Shown: piece by piece, positions 1-11,257 of the stretch
Position numbering within the stretch: the stretch's first letter is position 1
Layout of the letters: every line of letters begins with the position of its first letter
Source of the DNA: Buchnera aphidicola (Chaetogeoica yunlongensis)
GTDB taxonomy: Bacteria > Pseudomonadota > Gammaproteobacteria > Enterobacterales > Enterobacteriaceae
Direction of reading: 5' to 3'
Assembly (NCBI GenBank): GCA_039829965.1
Contig: CP139909.1
Location: 183,962-247,961, forward strand
DNA: 64,000 bases
The notes under the pieces: generated by a model
What the model saw: the letters and a program-made list of their open reading frames with translations, nothing else
What the model was told of the DNA's origin: nothing
Databases searched by the model: none
Program-made: the position numbers and the translations under genes

Positions 1-257
1 TTTACTAAAATATTTCCATTAGCTATACAACAACATGGGAAAATTTCACCAGGTTTGTAAGAGGCTAATGGTAAGTTTTTATTGTAAATAATTTTCCCTT
101 TTAATAATTGAATTCTACATGTTCCACAATAACCTTGTCTGCATTCTGAATTTATAAAAATATTGTGTATTTCAAATATAGTAATTAAAGCTATATTTGT
201 TTTTTTATAGTAAATGACGTTATTTTTATTTAAAATTTTAATTTTTGAAAAACACAT
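1..257 (-). CDS. yfaE: 2Fe-2S ferredoxin YfaE (start present; 3' end runs off the window)
   Basis: Absent from the ORF track because it has no stop in the window. Minus-strand ATG at 257-255 opens MCFSKIKILNKNNVIYYKKTNIALITIFEIHNIFINSECRQGYCGTCRIQLLKGKIIYNKNLPLASYKPGEIFPCCCIANGNILV.. It carries CRxGYCGxCR and PGEIxPCCC as in E. coli YfaE. It lies directly downstream of nrdB, as in the nrdAB-yfaE operon. Confidence 0.8.
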   Translation of the reverse strand, partial: MCFSKIKILNKNNVIYYKKTNIALITIFEIHNIFINSECRQGYCGTCRIQLLKGKIIYNKNLPLASYKPGEIFPCCCIANGNILV

Positions 258-267
258 ATATATTTAT

Positions 268-1398
268 TTATAGTTTAAATTTTTTAAAATCAGAACTATC
301 AAATTCTGAATTAATTTGTCCAACTAGATATGAACTGACAGCTATTTCTTGAGGCGCTACTTGAACATTGTCTGATATTAGCCATGAATTAATCCATGGA
401 ATTGGGTTAGATGTAATTTTAAATGGTAATGGTAGTCCTATTGCTTTCATACGAATATTTGTAATATATTCGATATATTGAGATAGTATTTCTTGATTTA
501 AACCCAACATAGATCCGTTTTGAAATAAGTATTTAGCCCATGTTTTTTCTTGATTAGCAACTCTAATGAATAAATTATAACATTCTTCTGAACAGTCTTT
601 TGTTATTTCTGACATGTTTTCATTATTTTTGTCGTTTTGTAAAATATTTAAAATATGTTGGGTGCTTGTTAAGTGTAATGCTTCATCTCTTGCAATTAAT
701 CGAATTATTTTAGCATTTCCTTCCATTTTTTCTCTTTCAGCAAATGCAAAAGAACAAGCAAAACTAACATAAAATCTAATAGCTTCTAATGCGTTTACGC
801 TAATTAAACATAGATATAATTTTTTTTTTAACTCGTATAAATTCACATTTATTTTTTTTCCATTGAGGTTATGATATCCTGAACCAAATAGATGCCAATA
901 ACTAGTGATTTCTATGAGATCATCATAGTATTTTGAGATATCTTTTGCTCGATTTGCTATATTTTTATTATTGATAATATCATCAAATACTAAAGAAGGT
1001 GTATTTATAATATTTCTAATAATATGAGTGTATGATCTAGAGTGTATAGTTTCTGAAAATGACCAAGTTTCTATCCATGTTTCTAACTCTGGTAATGAAA
1101 CAATAGGAAGCAATGCAATATTTGGACTTCTTCCTTGAATGGAATCTAATAGTGTTTGATATTTTAAATTACTAATAAAAATATGTTTTTCATTTTCTGG
1201 AAGATTCTGAAAATCTATAAAATCTCTTGATAAATCTACTTCTTCAGGTCTCCAAAAAAAGGATAGTTGTTTTTCGATTAATTTTTCAAATATTTCATAT
1301 TTTTGTTGATCATATCTTGAAATATTAACAGATTGTCCAAAAAACATAGGTTCTGACAGTTGATCATTTTTATTTTTAGAGAATGTAGTGTAAGCCAT
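268..1398 (-). CDS. nrdB: ribonucleoside-diphosphate reductase class Ia beta subunit
   Basis: 376-aa ORF, the same length as E. coli NrdB and collinear with it (..WRPEEVD.., ..[12 protein letters not shown].., ..RDEALHL..). Immediately downstream of nrdA. Contains an in-frame A10 tract (T10 at 820-829 on the plus strand). Confidence 0.95.
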   Translation of the reverse strand: MAYTTFSKNKNDQLSEPMFFGQSVNISRYDQQKYEIFEKLIEKQLSFFWRPEEVDLSRDFIDFQNLPENEKHIFISNLKYQTLLDSIQGRSPNIALLPIVSLPELETWIETWSFSETIHSRSYTHIIRNIINTPSLVFDDIINNKNIANRAKDISKYYDDLIEITSYWHLFGSGYHNLNGKKINVNLYELKKKLYLCLISVNALEAIRFYVSFACSFAFAEREKMEGNAKIIRLIARDEALHLTSTQHILNILQNDKNNENMSEITKDCSEECYNLFIRVANQEKTWAKYLFQNGSMLGLNQEILSQYIEYITNIRMKAIGLPLPFKITSNPIPWINSWLISDNVQVAPQEIAVSSYLVGQINSEFDSSDFKKFKL

Positions 1399-1473
1399 AT
1401 GTATCCAGATAGTAGTGGTAATGTAAATAATTTTATAGTTTTTAAAATATAAAATATAAGTTTTTTGTTTTAT

Positions 1474-3759
1474 TTATATTTTACAAGCTCCATCGTTACA
1501 ATGATGGTTATGATTTAATTGTATGTTATCAGTTTGATTGTCTTTTGCACCATCTCGAGTATTTTGATAATATAATGTTTTTATTCCTAGTTTATATGCT
1601 GTTAATAGATCTAGTATTAATTGTTTCATGGGGATTTTATTATTAGGAAATAATTTTGGATCGTAATTTGTATTTACAGAAATTGATTGGTCAATGAATT
1701 TTTGCATAATGCTAGTTAATTGTAAATATCCTGTATTATTTGGCATATTCCATAATAATTCGTATTTATCTTTTAGATTTTTGTACTCTGGAACTACTTG
1801 TCGTAACATTCCTTCTTTTGATGCTTTAATACTTATAAATCCTCTAGGAGGTTCTATTCCGTTAGTGGCATTGGAAATTTGTGATGAAGTTTCTGATGGC
1901 ATTAGTGCTGATAATGTAGAATTTCTTAATCCATATTTTTTTATTTTTTTTCTTAGTTTTTCCCAATTTAAATGTAGCGGTTCTTGGCATATCTTATCTA
2001 CACTTTTTTTATATGTATCTATAGGTAGAATTCCTTTATAATAGTTTGTATGATTAAACCATGTACAAGTTCCTTTTTCTTTTGCTAATTTATATGATGC
2101 TGTAAGTAGATGGTATTGTATTGCTTCAAAGGTTTTATGTGTTAAATTATTTGCACTTCCATCTGAGTATTTTACTCCATTTTTTGCTAAGTAATAAGCA
2201 TAATTTATAACTCCAATTCCTAGAGTTCGTCTTGATAAAGCAGATTTTTTAGCGCTTATAATAGGATATTGTTGGTAATCTAGTATTGAGTCTAGAGCTC
2301 TAACTATTAAATTAGATATTTCAGATAAATCTGTAAGTGTTTTTATAGATCCTAAATTTATTGCTGATAAAGTACAAAGTGAAATTTCTCCATTTTTATC
2401 ATTGATATCATTTAAGGGTTTAGTAGGTAAAGTAATTTCTAAACATAAATTAGATTGACGTATTGGTGCAATTTCTGAATTAAAAGAGCTATGAGAATTA
2501 CAATGATCAACATTTTGTATGTATATTCTTCCTGTTGAAGTTCTTTCTTGCATCATTAATGAGAACAAATATAATGCTTGTACTTTTTTTTGTCTAATGG
2601 TATTGTCGTTTTCATATTTTACGTATAAAGATTCAAATTTTTTTTGATTATTAAAAAAAGAATCATATAGATTTGGGACATCTGAAGGACTAAATAAAGT
2701 AATATGTTTTCCTAATATTAGACGTTTATACATTAATTTATTTAATTGTACACTATAATCTATATGTCTTACTCTATTTTCTTCTATTCCTCGATTGTTT
2801 TTAAGAACAAGTAGATTTTCTATTTCAAGATGCCATATTGGATAAAATATGGTTGCAGCACCTCCTCTTATTCCTCCTTGAGAACATGATTTTACGGCGC
2901 TTTGAAAGTGTTTATAAAATGGTATACATCCTGTATGAAATGTTTCTCCATTTCTAATAGGACTTCCTAATGCTCTAATTCTTCCTGCGTTGATACCTAT
3001 TCCTGCTCTTTGAGAAATATATTTAACAATAGCGCTAGTTGTTGCATTAATTGAATTTAAACTATCTTCTGTTTCAATTAATACACATGAACTGAATTGT
3101 TTTGTAGGTGTTCTTAGTCCAGCCATAATAGGTGTTGGTAAAGAAATTTTAAATTTAGAAATTGCATTATAGAAGTCTTTGATGTATTTCATTCTAGTTT
3201 TTGATGGATATTTTGAAAACAAGCAAGCAGATATTAACATATATAAAAATTGTGCACTTTCGTAAATTTTTTTAGTAATTCTATTTTGTATTAAATACTT
3301 TCTTTCTAACTGTTTTACCCCTGAATATGAAAAATTCATATCTCGATAGTGTTTGATAAAATTATCCATGATTAAAAAATCTTTTTTAGTATAATCATTA
3401 AGTAAATGTGCATCGTACTTTTTCAATTTTACCATTTTTTTAACGTGGTTATATAATGTAGGTGGATTAAATTGTCCGAATGCTTTCTTTCTAAGATGAA
3501 ATATAGCTAGTCTAGCAGCCATGTACTGATAATCTGGTGCGTTTTCTGAAATTAAATCAGCTGCTGCTTTAATAATTGTTTCATGTATAACTGTTGTTTT
3601 GATATTATTATAGAATTGTATTCTGGATTTGAGTGCTACTTGTGATATGGAAATATTTTCTAATCCTTGTGATGCCCAGTTTAGAACTCTATGAATTTTA
3701 TCTAAGTTGATTAATTCTATTTTACCATTTCTTTTTGTAACAAATAACATTTGATTCAT
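1474..3759 (-). CDS. nrdA: ribonucleoside-diphosphate reductase class Ia alpha subunit
   Basis: The ORF reads MNQMLFVTKRNGKIELINLDKIHRVLNWA.., matching the E. coli NrdA N-terminus MNQNLLVTKRDG..INLDKIHRVL. The track ORF starts 4 codons earlier at a TTG (3771). The ATG at 3759 matches the E. coli start. Confidence 0.95.
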   Translation of the reverse strand: MNQMLFVTKRNGKIELINLDKIHRVLNWASQGLENISISQVALKSRIQFYNNIKTTVIHETIIKAAADLISENAPDYQYMAARLAIFHLRKKAFGQFNPPTLYNHVKKMVKLKKYDAHLLNDYTKKDFLIMDNFIKHYRDMNFSYSGVKQLERKYLIQNRITKKIYESAQFLYMLISACLFSKYPSKTRMKYIKDFYNAISKFKISLPTPIMAGLRTPTKQFSSCVLIETEDSLNSINATTSAIVKYISQRAGIGINAGRIRALGSPIRNGETFHTGCIPFYKHFQSAVKSCSQGGIRGGAATIFYPIWHLEIENLLVLKNNRGIEENRVRHIDYSVQLNKLMYKRLILGKHITLFSPSDVPNLYDSFFNNQKKFESLYVKYENDNTIRQKKVQALYLFSLMMQERTSTGRIYIQNVDHCNSHSSFNSEIAPIRQSNLCLEITLPTKPLNDINDKNGEISLCTLSAINLGSIKTLTDLSEISNLIVRALDSILDYQQYPIISAKKSALSRRTLGIGVINYAYYLAKNGVKYSDGSANNLTHKTFEAIQYHLLTASYKLAKEKGTCTWFNHTNYYKGILPIDTYKKSVDKICQEPLHLNWEKLRKKIKKYGLRNSTLSALMPSETSSQISNATNGIEPPRGFISIKASKEGMLRQVVPEYKNLKDKYELLWNMPNNTGYLQLTSIMQKFIDQSISVNTNYDPKLFPNNKIPMKQLILDLLTAYKLGIKTLYYQNTRDGAKDNQTDNIQLNHNHHCNDGACKI

Positions 3760-3947
3760 ATGTTTTACCAAATTTAAAATTTAGAATATAAATTTATTTT
3801 ATTGATAATATTTCACACAAGATTTTTATATTATACATTATGTTTAAGAAGTATTTTTTTAGTATTAATAAGAAGTATAAAAAATTATTTTAGTTAATTA
3901 AAAAAAAACAATCATGTTTTTAGTATAATGTAATATTAGTATTTATT

Positions 3948-6479
3948 TTAAAAAAGTGCATTAGCTTTTTGTAGAGCTACTACTTTTTCTTGTTTGGAGG
4001 TTCTAATAAGAATTACTCCTTGTGTGTTTCTTTTTAATATTCCAATTTCTGATACTCGAGTTCGTACTAATGTTCCTGCATTGGTAATGATCATGATTTG
4101 ATCTTTATTTATAACTTGCATGGTGCCAATCATAACTCCATTTTTTTTTGTTATTTTTATTGCAATACTTCCTTGTGTAGCTCTAGATTTAATAGGAAAT
4201 TCATGTATTTCAGTTCTTTTTCCATATCCGTGTTCTGTAACCATTAATATATTTCCATTTTGTTTTGGAACTACTAAAGACACTACTTTATCTGATTTTT
4301 TTATTTTGATTCCTTTAACACCTATAGCATTTCTTCCCATTTTTCGAACTAATAATTCAGAAAAATGAACAGCTTTTCCATTAGCTGTAAAAAGCATAAT
4401 GGTATCATTACCTTTCGTTAGAGATACTCCAATTAATTCATCATTTGGTTTTAAACTGATAGCAATGATTCCTTTAGTTCTTGGATTTTTGAATTCATAT
4501 AAACTAGTTTTTTTTACTATTCCTTGAGCAGTTGCCATAAATATGTTTATGTTATCTTTGTATTTTGGAATGGGTAGTATTGCTGTAATTCTTTCTTTTG
4601 GTTGTAGAGGTAATAGATTTACAATAGGGCGTCCACGTGCATGTCTGCTAGCTTCCGGTAATTGATAAACTTTCATCCAATATAGAATTCCTTTACTAGA
4701 AAAGCATAGTATAGTATCATGAGTACTAGCTACTAGTAAATTGGCTATAAAATCTTCTTCCTTAGTTTTAACTGCTAATTTTCCTTTTCCTCCTCTTTTT
4801 TGTGCTTCGTAACTAGATAGTGGTTGATATTTTACGTATCCAGAATATGATAATGTAATAATTACATTTTCTTTATTAATCATATCTGAAACATTAATAT
4901 CGGAGTAGTTGATATTTATTTTTGTACGTCGTTTGTCTCCAAAGCTATTTTTTATATTTATTAATTCATTTTTCATAATTTTAGTTAGTTCAAATGAATT
5001 TTGTAAAATATTATTTAAATTTTGTGCTTTTCTAAAAAGTTTGTGGTGTTCAGAAATTATTTTTGAATATTCTAGATTAGTTAATTTTTGAAGACGCAAA
5101 TCTAGAATAGCTTGAATTTGTTCTTTAGTGAATATTAATATTTCTTGCTGTATGGAGAGAAATGATGTTTTATAAAATTCAGAAGAAAAAGTATTATTTT
5201 TTATTATTTTTATGTATTTTGAGTTTTTAGAATACCAATTTTTTTTCTTTAATTTTTTTTTAGCTTCGGTTAATGTAGATGAAGTTTTTATTAAGTTTAT
5301 AATTATATCAATATTTTCTAAAGATATCATTAATCCTTCAAGTATATGTATCTTTTTTTGTATTTTTTTTAATTCAAAAAGACTTCTTCGAGAAATTATT
5401 TTTCTTCTATGATTTATAAAAGCATATAATATTTCTTTCAATGTCATTATTTTAGGTTGACCATAAATTAATGCTACCATATTAATTCCAAAAGATGTTT
5501 CTAATTGTGTTAAAGAAAAAAGTTTATTTAAAATAATTTCTGATTTCATTTCTTTTTTAACTTCAATTACAATTCTCATTCCATCTTTGTCTGATTCATC
5601 TCGTAATGTACTAATACCTTCTATTTTTTTCTCTTTGACTAAATCAGCTATTTTTTTTATAACTCGCGCCTTGTTGACTTGATAAGGTAATTCTGAAATT
5701 ATTATAGATTCTTTTTTTGTTTTTTGGTGGATTTCTATTTTGTTTTTAGCTCGAATATAAATTTTTCCTTTACCAGTGCGATATGCTTCTTCTATTCCGT
5801 TTATTCCATTGATTAATCCAGCTGTAGGAAAATCAGGTCCTGGTATGTGTTGCATAAGTTCTTGAAGAGAAATATTTTCGTTATCAATATAAGCTAAACA
5901 TCCATTGATAATCTCTGTAAGATTATGGGGTGGTATATTAGTAGCCATTCCTACTGCTATTCCAGAAGATCCATTGATAAGTAGATTAGGGATTTTTGTT
6001 GGTAAAACGTCTGGAATTTTTTCTGTTTCGTCATAATTAGGGGAAAATGGAACTGTATCTTTATCTAAATCGCTTAGTAATTCATATGCAATTTTAGACA
6101 TTTTTATTTCTGTATATCTCATTGCTGCTGCTGAATCACCATCTATAGATCCAAAATTACCTTGTCCATCAATTAATGTATATCTTAATGAAAAAGGTTG
6201 TGCCATTCTTACTATTGTATCATATACAGCTGAATCTCCATGTGGATGATATTTTCCGATAACATCACCTACTATTCTTGCAGATTTTTTATATTTATTA
6301 TTCCAATCATTGTTTAGTATTTTCATAGCAAATAATATTCTTCTATGAACAGGTTTTAAACCATCTCGTACATCGGGTAAAGCTCGTCCAATAATAACTG
6401 ACATAGCATAATCTAAATATGATTGTTTTAGTTCATCATCTAGATTTATTTTTATAATTTCTTTGGCAATATCTTGCAT
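3948..6479 (-). CDS. gyrA: DNA gyrase subunit A
   Basis: 843-aa ORF. The N-terminus ..[33 protein letters not shown].. and the [21 protein letters not shown] (wild-type Ser83/Asp87 equivalents) are collinear with E. coli GyrA. Confidence 0.97.
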   Translation of the reverse strand: MQDIAKEIIKINLDDELKQSYLDYAMSVIIGRALPDVRDGLKPVHRRILFAMKILNNDWNNKYKKSARIVGDVIGKYHPHGDSAVYDTIVRMAQPFSLRYTLIDGQGNFGSIDGDSAAAMRYTEIKMSKIAYELLSDLDKDTVPFSPNYDETEKIPDVLPTKIPNLLINGSSGIAVGMATNIPPHNLTEIINGCLAYIDNENISLQELMQHIPGPDFPTAGLINGINGIEEAYRTGKGKIYIRAKNKIEIHQKTKKESIIISELPYQVNKARVIKKIADLVKEKKIEGISTLRDESDKDGMRIVIEVKKEMKSEIILNKLFSLTQLETSFGINMVALIYGQPKIMTLKEILYAFINHRRKIISRRSLFELKKIQKKIHILEGLMISLENIDIIINLIKTSSTLTEAKKKLKKKNWYSKNSKYIKIIKNNTFSSEFYKTSFLSIQQEILIFTKEQIQAILDLRLQKLTNLEYSKIISEHHKLFRKAQNLNNILQNSFELTKIMKNELINIKNSFGDKRRTKININYSDINVSDMINKENVIITLSYSGYVKYQPLSSYEAQKRGGKGKLAVKTKEEDFIANLLVASTHDTILCFSSKGILYWMKVYQLPEASRHARGRPIVNLLPLQPKERITAILPIPKYKDNINIFMATAQGIVKKTSLYEFKNPRTKGIIAISLKPNDELIGVSLTKGNDTIMLFTANGKAVHFSELLVRKMGRNAIGVKGIKIKKSDKVVSLVVPKQNGNILMVTEHGYGKRTEIHEFPIKSRATQGSIAIKITKKNGVMIGTMQVINKDQIMIITNAGTLVRTRVSEIGILKRNTQGVILIRTSKQEKVVALQKANALF

Positions 6480-6870
6480 GAAGTTTTTCTCTAAGGATTT
6501 TATTTTGAAGTAATTTAATTTTAATTAAATAATATTAAAGTATATATTAAAAGATATTATTGTAAGTATTTTGTACCTTAATATTTTAAAAATAAATAGT
6601 TTTTATTTAAAAAAATACTTATTGTTTTTATTGAGAGTAGTGAATTATAACAAATATTTTATCATGTATTATTGTTCATTTATAAAGATGTTGTATTACA
6701 TTTTGATATAATGTATGATAAACTGTTAAATATTTTTAATTTTTTTAATATGTAAATGTTATTTTAAATTTTTTTAAATTTAAAAAATATGCTTTAATTT
6801 AACCATTTTATTGACTCTATTTAAGTAATAAAAAAAAGTATGTTTTTTTTATAAAATGAGGTTTTTTATT

Positions 6871-7833
6871 ATGAATAGTGAAGAACAAAGGTTAATAGAG
6901 AACTTGTTTGTACGGTTTCATAAAACTGAACATGATTTTCCAAACAGAGATAATGAAGCTGAAAAATTGATAAGTGATTTGTTTAAAAAATATAGTAATG
7001 TATCTTATTATATGGTTCAAACGATTTTAATTCAAGAAACTGCAATAAAAAAACTAAGTGAGAAAAATTCTGAATTAGAAAAGAAAATATCTTTGAAAGA
7101 AACAGATATTAAAGATAAATCATCTGGTTTTTTATCGGGTTTATTTAAATCTAAAAAGAAGTTAAAAAATTACAATAGTCAGAAATTAACAAGTGATAAT
7201 TGTAAAAATATTCCTTCTAATTTATCATCTAACACTGGTTGTAATAATGGAAATTTAGAGTCACCATCATCTAATTTTGGAAGAGTTTCTTCCCCTGTAA
7301 CGGGTGGTGTTGGTGGTGGTTATACTTCAGCTGCTTCTAATGTGTCTTCTCCTATGTCTAGTTTTCTCAGTGGTTCTTTACAAACAGCAGCAGGTGTAGC
7401 TGGTGGTATGGTAATGGCTAATGTTTTAATGAATTTATTTCAAAACAAAAGACCTGAAGAAGAAATCATTAGTCATATTAGTAGAGATGATTTTTCTCCT
7501 GTTTATGTAAATTCTGAAAATGAATCTTTTTCATTTTTTAATTCTCATGATAAAGAAGATAATTTTTTTGGAGATAATTCTTCTCGAGAAGATCATACTT
7601 TTGTAGAAGATTTAAAAAATGAAGGTGAACAAGATAGTAATGAGAAAATTTTAGATAATCGTAATAATTTTGAATACAATAATCATTCTGATTCTTTACA
7701 AAATTATAGCGAAAATGTTATTAATAATCGTGATGACAATAATAACTTTTATAATGTTGTAAGTAGTCATGAAGATAATAGTAATGATTCTAGCGATAGT
7801 TTCAGTGATGTTGATGACGAAACTTTTATATAA
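6871..7833 (+). CDS. conserved hypothetical protein, DUF2076 (COG3416)-like, with Gly/Ser-rich core and acidic Asn/Asp/Ser-rich tail
   Basis: The N-terminus MNSEEQRLIENLFVRFHKTE..NRDNEAEKLISDLFKKYSNVSYYMVQTILIQETAIKKL resembles the DUF2076 N-domain as I remember it. It is followed by GGVGGG..SFLSGSLQTAAGVAGGMVMANVLMNLF and a D/N/S/F-rich C-terminus. The ATG at 6871 is preceded by a GAGG-like site (tgaggt); the track ORF begins 5 codons earlier. Confidence 0.7.
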   Translation: MNSEEQRLIENLFVRFHKTEHDFPNRDNEAEKLISDLFKKYSNVSYYMVQTILIQETAIKKLSEKNSELEKKISLKETDIKDKSSGFLSGLFKSKKKLKNYNSQKLTSDNCKNIPSNLSSNTGCNNGNLESPSSNFGRVSSPVTGGVGGGYTSAASNVSSPMSSFLSGSLQTAAGVAGGMVMANVLMNLFQNKRPEEEIISHISRDDFSPVYVNSENESFSFFNSHDKEDNFFGDNSSREDHTFVEDLKNEGEQDSNEKILDNRNNFEYNNHSDSLQNYSENVINNRDDNNNFYNVVSSHEDNSNDSSDSFSDVDDETFI

Positions 7834-7950
7834 GATAAAAATATAGTTTTTGGTTTTATTTTTAAGTATAAAATAGATTAATTTGTGGTTTATTATATTT
7901 AATGTTAGAAATAAAAAAAGTAGTAATGATTTGTTTAATTAAATTTTATA

Positions 7951-7984
7951 AAACCAGCAACAAATTTTTTTATGCTGGTTTTTA
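7951..7984. terminator. hairpin between convergent genes (DUF2076 ORF and ahpC), likely a bidirectional terminator
   Basis: aaaccagca (7951-7959) pairs with tgctggttt (7973-7981). A- and T-runs flank the stem. It is one of the few GC-containing stems in this spacer. Confidence 0.55.
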
Positions 7985-8033
7985 GTAGTTTTATTATTTT
8001 ATAAACAAGTATAGTTTTAAAGATTTTTCTAAA

Positions 8034-8642
8034 TTAATAGATTGTATTAGAAGAAATCATATCTAGGTATTTTGCAACACTTTCTTTTGTTGCTTGCATG
8101 CTCATTTGGCCTTTTTCCCAATTAGCAGGACATATTTCTCCATGTTGTTCGTTTAAATGCAGTGCATCTATCATTCGAACAGTTTCTTGTATGTTTCTAC
8201 CAAATGGTAGATCATTTACTACTTGATGACGAATAATTCTATTCTTATCAATTAAAAATGTAGCTCTTAATGCGATTCCTAATTTTTGGTGTTCAATTCC
8301 GTATGAACGCTGTATTTCTCGTTTTATATCTGACACCATAGTAAAACTTATTTCTTTTATTTTTTTGTTATTTGTTAATTGTTTTTTCCACTCTTGATGT
8401 GCATAGATTGAATCAATGGAAACGCCAACAAGTTTTACGTTTCGTTGATTAAATTCAGGAAGAGCTTGATTAAATGCTATAATTTCTGATGGGCATACGA
8501 ATGTAAAATCCATAGGCCAAAAAAATAATATAGTAGTTTTATTATTGGTAAATTCTTTAAAATTGAAATTGTTATTTATAGTTCCATTCGGTAAGATAGC
8601 TGGTGCTGTAAAGTCTGGTGCTGGATAGGTTACTAAAACCAT
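8034..8642 (-). CDS. ahpC: 2-Cys peroxiredoxin (AhpC/TsaA family)
   Basis: 202-aa ORF with the peroxidatic Cys motif FFWPMDFTFVCPSEI and the resolving Cys in GEICPANW. Confidence 0.9.
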   Translation of the reverse strand: MVLVTYPAPDFTAPAILPNGTINNNFNFKEFTNNKTTILFFWPMDFTFVCPSEIIAFNQALPEFNQRNVKLVGVSIDSIYAHQEWKKQLTNNKKIKEISFTMVSDIKREIQRSYGIEHQKLGIALRATFLIDKNRIIRHQVVNDLPFGRNIQETVRMIDALHLNEQHGEICPANWEKGQMSMQATKESVAKYLDMISSNTIY

Positions 8643-8876
8643 ATTTTTTGAATCTCCATTTTGATATGAATATAAATATTAGTATATCATATTTAATTTA
8701 ACAATAAATTGAAAAAGTATTTTATTTATATAAAGATAGAGATTAAATCTAAAATTTGATATTATATAGTTAATTATATATTAAAAGAATATAAATAATT
8801 AAACATGTAGATATATTCTATTTATAGAATAATGAAAATAATGTTTTATATTAGACAGTTGTATGTTAGGTATATT

Positions 8877-9547
8877 ATGAATAATCGTGCGTATTTTACT
8901 TGGTTTGATATATTAAGCAGTGAAAAAAAAAAAATTATTTTACTAATATTATTAAAAAGTTAGCTAAAGAGAGATTAAGTAAGTTAGTTTTTCCGCCTAA
9001 AGGAAAAGTATTCAACGCGTTTTCATGTACTCAATTTAAAAATATTAAAGTAGTTATACTTGGACAAGATCCTTATTATAAATTTAATCAAGCTAATGGT
9101 TTATCATTTTCTGTAGAAAAACATGTTTCTATTCCTCCTTCTTTGAAAAATATTCAAAAAGAAATAATTAATGATTTAGGATGCAATCATATTTATTCAC
9201 ATGGTTGTTTAGAATCGTGGGCATATCAAGGAGTTTTATTGTTAAATTCGGTGTTGACGGTGGTATCAGAACAACCCGGATCTCATGAAAAATTAGGATG
9301 GGGAATTTTTACTGATCAAGTTATAAAATATATTAGCTTGTATTGTGATGGTATAGTGTTTTTATTATGGGGAGATAAAGCAAAGAAAAAATTGTGTTTA
9401 ATAGATCAAAGTAAGCATCATGTTTTTTTGGCGTCACATCCATCACCATTGTCAGTACATCGAGGATTTTTTGGATGCCGCCATTTTTCAAAAACAAATA
9501 AAATTTTAATTCGTCAAAAAAAAAGTCCTATTAATTGGTTATTTTAG
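8877..9547 (+). pseudogene. ung: uracil-DNA glycosylase, reading frame interrupted at an A12 tract (8923-8934)
   Basis: ATG 8877 gives MNNRAYFTWFDILSSEKKK and then runs out of frame to a TAG at 8961. The frame of track ORF 9143..9547 is open from 8924. It reads ..YFTNIIKKLAKERLSKLVFPPKGKVFNAFSCTQFKNIKVVILGQDPYYKFNQANGLSFSV..HPSPLSVHRGFFGC.., collinear with E. coli Ung (..EEKQQPYFLNTL..). One extra A (A13) would fuse the two frames. Confidence 0.85.
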
Positions 9548-9616
9548 TTTTTAATGTTATTGGTATTGATGTGTTTTGTTTTTTTTGAATTTATTCAGAA
9601 ATATAATATGAGTATT

Positions 9617-10201
9617 TTAAGTATTATTTTTTTTATTTGATATTTCAACTAGAGCTTTTCTAATAATATTATTATTTAAAGTGTATCCATGTTGTAGTAC
9701 ATCAGTTATATAATATTTTTTGGAATCTAAAATTTTTGTATTTTGTTTAGTTTTATGTAATAAAAAATTAAAGACATGTCCTTGGCTTCCTTCTTCTTTT
9801 AATCCAAATTTATTAGTAATAGTTAGTAGAGATTTTAATATTAATGGAATTCCTTGAATCATATTATGGTCTTTAATACCTGTTTCATTAACATTTTTAT
9901 TTATCTTTTTAAAATTATCAATAATTGGAATTAAATCTTTGAAAAAGTTTTTAAGTTTTATGTTTTTTATTTCTGTTATTTTTTTTTGATGGTTTTTTTT
10001 TATATTTTCTATTTCAGCTTGTTCTCTTATGTTTATATCATGAATTTTTTTTTTAATTTTTAGTATTTTTTTGTTTAGTTCATTAATATTTTTTTCGTAT
10101 ATTTGTTTTTTATTCTTTTCATCTTCAACTACGTTTTTATTACTTTTATAATCTTGTTCTTTAAGATTAATAGATTTTTTTTTTTTAATTATGTCATTCA
10201 T
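9617..10201 (-). CDS. grpE: nucleotide exchange factor GrpE (divergent, Lys-rich)
   Basis: The C-terminal half (..IPIIDNF..GIPLILKSL..KFGLKEE..DVLQHGYTLNNNIIRKALVEI) fits GrpE. The position next to nadK matches enterobacteria. The ATG at 10201 (MNDIIKKKK..) has AGGA 9 nt upstream. The track ORF extends to 10270 and would overlap nadK. In-frame A12 (10175-10186) and A10 (10045-10054) tracts are present. Confidence 0.8.
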   Translation of the reverse strand: MNDIIKKKKSINLKEQDYKSNKNVVEDEKNKKQIYEKNINELNKKILKIKKKIHDINIREQAEIENIKKNHQKKITEIKNIKLKNFFKDLIPIIDNFKKINKNVNETGIKDHNMIQGIPLILKSLLTITNKFGLKEEGSQGHVFNFLLHKTKQNTKILDSKKYYITDVLQHGYTLNNNIIRKALVEISNKKNNT

Positions 10202-10319
10202 ATGTATTCCTTTAGTATTAATATTATTTTTTGTTTGCTTATTATAAAAACAAGATATACAGTATTTCATGTTTATATTTTGTATGTTGAATACAATTTA
10301 TTATAAGGAAACTATTTTT

Positions 10320-11201
10320 GTGAAACAATACTTTAATTTTATTGGTATTATTGGTTGTCCTCGTCACCGTCAAGCATTAAATACGCATAAATTTTTATAT
10401 AGTTGGTTGATAAATCAGGGTTACAATGTAATTTTTGAACATGAAGTTGCATCTAAATTAAAATTAAAAGATATAAATATCGATTCTTTAGATAATATAG
10501 GTATTAAATGCGATTTAGCAATAGTAGTTGGTGGGGACGGGAATATGTTAAGAGCGTCTCGTGTTTTATCTTATTATGATATTAAAATAATTGGGATTAA
10601 TCGTGGTACATTAGGATTTTTAACTGATTTGAATCCTGATACTGCATTGCAACAGCTATTTCAAGTTCTTTCTGGAAAGTATTTTGTAGAACAACGTTTT
10701 TTATTAGAACTCAAAGTTATTAAAGATGATGGTTCTTATTTGATAAATCAAGCTATAAATGAAGTCGTGCTGCATTCTGGAAATGTTGCTTATATGATTG
10801 ATTTTGAAGTTTATATAAATAACGAATTTTCTTTTGCTCAAAGAGCAGATGGATTAATTATTGCTACTCCTACTGGATCAACTGGATATTCTTTATCAGC
10901 TGGAGGGCCGATTCTTGTTTCTTCTTTAGAAGCAATGGTATTAGTTCCTATGTTTCCACACACTTTATCTTCTCGTCCATTAGTAATTGATAGTTCCAGT
11001 GTTATTTTTTTTAAGGTGGTTAGCAATTTAGATTTTGAATTTAAAATTAGTTGTGATAGTCAAACGGTTGTTTCAGTCAGTGAAAACGATAATATTTTTA
11101 TAAGTAAGAGTAAAAATTTTTTACATTTATTACATCCTAAAAACTATAATTATTTTGACACTTTAAATTCTAAATTGAATTGGTCTAAAAAGTGTATGTA
11201 A
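10320..11201 (+). CDS. nadK: NAD kinase
   Basis: ..[49 protein letters not shown].. is collinear with E. coli NadK. The GTG at 10320 has AAGGA 10 nt upstream and reproduces the E. coli N-terminal length. Alternative starts are ATG 10284 and ATG 10269. Confidence 0.88.
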   Translation: MKQYFNFIGIIGCPRHRQALNTHKFLYSWLINQGYNVIFEHEVASKLKLKDINIDSLDNIGIKCDLAIVVGGDGNMLRASRVLSYYDIKIIGINRGTLGFLTDLNPDTALQQLFQVLSGKYFVEQRFLLELKVIKDDGSYLINQAINEVVLHSGNVAYMIDFEVYINNEFSFAQRADGLIIATPTGSTGYSLSAGGPILVSSLEAMVLVPMFPHTLSSRPLVIDSSSVIFFKVVSNLDFEFKISCDSQTVVSVSENDNIFISKSKNFLHLLHPKNYNYFDTLNSKLNWSKKCM

Positions 11202-11257
11202 TAAATTAAAATTATAGTTTTATTTATTAGATTAATTATTATAAATGTAAATTTAGT

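Noticed and set aside
3760-3771. N-terminal extensions of track ORFs: nrdA 3771, grpE 10270, rnt 12822, thrB 17834, dksA 21500, ddlB 40671, murD 45810, rpsB 60132, pyrH 61886, and the DUF2076 ORF 6856.
   Set aside because: The extensions start at TTG, GTG or upstream ATG codons, overlap neighbouring genes, or add residues absent from E. coli homologs. Internal ATGs, often with SD-like sites, reproduce the conserved N-termini.
10103-10306. 67-aa plus-strand ORF across the grpE 5' end.
   Set aside because: It is antisense to grpE with Phe/Ile-rich shadow composition. The nadK start is better explained by the GTG at 10320 or the ATG at 10284.
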